Below are positions 61,949-64,000 of a stretch of 64,000 nt of DNA, piece by piece; the first letter of the stretch is position 1; each line of letters begins with the position of its first letter. Source of the DNA: Octopus sinensis (Eukaryota); NCBI RefSeq assembly GCF_006345805.1, contig NC_043008.1, positions 43,586,001 through 43,650,000 of the forward strand. The letters are read 5' to 3'. The notes below the pieces were generated by a model. That model was not told where the DNA came from and did no database searches. It was given only the letters and a program-made list of their open reading frames with translations. The position numbers were made by a program, and so were the translations under genes.

Positions 61949-62526
61949 TATATAAATACATATATAGTGCATTGCAGCGTCTAGCTTATAGTAATAGCCC
62001 TTGATGTGATGCATTTTATATATATATAATAATTCTATACCTTGTATTAAATGTTTTCATCAGTTGGTTTTACACGCTGGTAACTTGACAAAATCTTATA
62101 TAGGTTTTATCCTTATATTTTATTGATAAATATCTAGCCAGAATATATTCAGTGCTGAATTATTCCGGTTATACGCACGTGGTCGAGATGAACAAAATAT
62201 GTATCCCTTTCATGGATATATAAGTGTGAACATTTGTATATGCTATACTGGATACTTTGTGTAAATGTTTATATTCAAATATTTTTCTGGTTATGTTGGC
62301 ACTGATGAGTGGAGAGTGTGTTATCCATTCTGACCAAGAAACCATTAATGATATACGACTAAACCCTTTTTAAAGGAATTCCTCCTATGTTCATTCCCGT
62401 AAATTCGGTGCGTGTGTATACTTGTTGAAGTAGTTTGACATTAGAGTCTCTTGACAGCGCGTGGACTTTACTTATAGGAACAGACCTTGATGTATGTAAT
62501 ATGTATTATATATATATATATATACT

Positions 62527-62579
<53 letters not shown>

Positions 62580-62947
62580 ACATATATATAGATATATATA
62601 TATATATATATACTATATATATTATATATATATATAAATTATATACTTTGTATTAATTTATTTCATTAATTGGTTTTACACGTTGGCAACTAGATAAAAT
62701 CTTATATAGGTTTTATCCTTATATTATATATATATGTCTATATATATATGAATATATATATATGTGTGTGTGTGTATCATATGTATAATAATATATGTAT
62801 GTGTGTGTGCATATATATAAATATAAATAATATGTATATGCACACATATATATACACACAACACACACACATATATATATATATATCACCATCTCTCTGT
62901 CAGTCTCTCCCCTCTCTCTCTGTATATTAATGTATTATATATATATA

Positions 62948-62995
<48 letters not shown>

Positions 62996-63102
62996 CTATC
63001 TATCGTATATATATTTGATATATATTATATATATATATATTCTATATATATATATGATATATGCATGTATATATATGCTATTATACATACATCCATACAT
63101 GC

Positions 63103-63149
<47 letters not shown>

Positions 63150-63270
63150 AAAAAGAGAAAATGGAGAAATATATCTAAATCAATCATCAACTATCAGATA
63201 ATACCGAATCATATACTTTATTAAAATACTACACAATAGCAATGAGATTAGACATTAATACAACCCCTAT

Positions 63271-63309
<39 letters not shown>

Positions 63310-63337
63310 GTATGTATGTATGTATAATAGCATAAGC

Positions 63338-63381
<44 letters not shown>

Positions 63382-64000
63382 GTACAATAGCATAAGCTGT
63401 ATTATATTATATATATATATATAGTATAATATATATATAATATATATATATATATTGTATGTATGTATATAGCATAAGCTTATTAGCAGGAAGCTTAGTG
63501 ATGGGCATCAGACATAGACGAGATGGTGAAGTGATCATTGAAAGAGCTCTTTAAAAGTAATTGACCTTTAGTTCTTTTCAGAGTATCTGTCTAGAAGGAG
63601 GATACTCTGGCATGAAAAGTTTTTTGTATGACTCTATGATTGCGAACCGAAATTATGAAGTGCAGAGTCATACCTGCACCAGTATAAACAGAATGATTAT
63701 TTTCAAGATGGACACCGCTGGTAATTTATTTCAGAATGACTATCTTGAACAAATTGTAAAAATTTACTTGTATGATGCTCAAGAAAAAATAGAATAATGT
63801 ACAGTTACATAAAGAAACGAATAGCAATAATTTTAGAACTCAAGATGATTGTTTAAAAAGAATAAAAAGAATCACAGTCTCTTTTATTCTGTGACTGAAT
63901 TACAGACAGTCAAATGATTCTATACAGCTCAGGTTAATTGTCTACGCTGTCTCAAGCAAAAATATTCAACTAAATTAGTATTTAAGAAGGTAGTGAGGTG

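Noticed and set aside
62130-62480. Faint Penelope-like peptide words on the minus strand (VYTRTEFTG, NSF, INGFLVR); similar impression at 19630-20000
   Set aside because: It needs several frameshifts and is too degraded to support without an HMM search.
63561-63797. 78-aa ORF with a TTTTCAG acceptor and a G|GTAATT donor
   Set aside because: No recognisable homology and no partner exons in the window.

Overview
AT-rich, microsatellite-saturated eukaryotic genomic DNA. The SINE, RTE and mariner landscape resembles what I recognise from octopus genomes; the species assignment is an inference. The only supportable host gene is the 3' end of DNA ligase III (LIG3) on the + strand, exons <1-41, 960-1324, 2066-2368, 3059-3169, 4753-4844, 5746-5818 and 7899-8015. 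These join in frame to encode the end of motif V, the OB-fold, a charged linker, a PBZ (C-x5-C-x6-H-x5-H) zinc finger and a C-terminal BRCT. Three features of this gene are absent from or hidden in the ORF track: the 41-nt first exon fragment, a symmetric 111-nt PBZ exon, and an AT-AC minor-spliceosome (U12) intron (4845-5745) that splits the BRCT. The remaining ~55 kb holds no recognisable host exon. It consists of transposon relics and simple repeats: a 3.6-kb 5'-truncated Tx1/L1-type LINE inside a (TATC)n array, a nest of (AAT)n-associated non-LTR 3' ends with a perfect 82-bp inverted repeat, three tRNA-headed SINE families (many with clear target-site duplications, TSDs), RTE 3' ends, three dead mariners, a piggyBac MITE, a Helitron-like element and a MITE carrying telomeric repeats. 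Almost all other ORFs in the track are translations of microsatellites.
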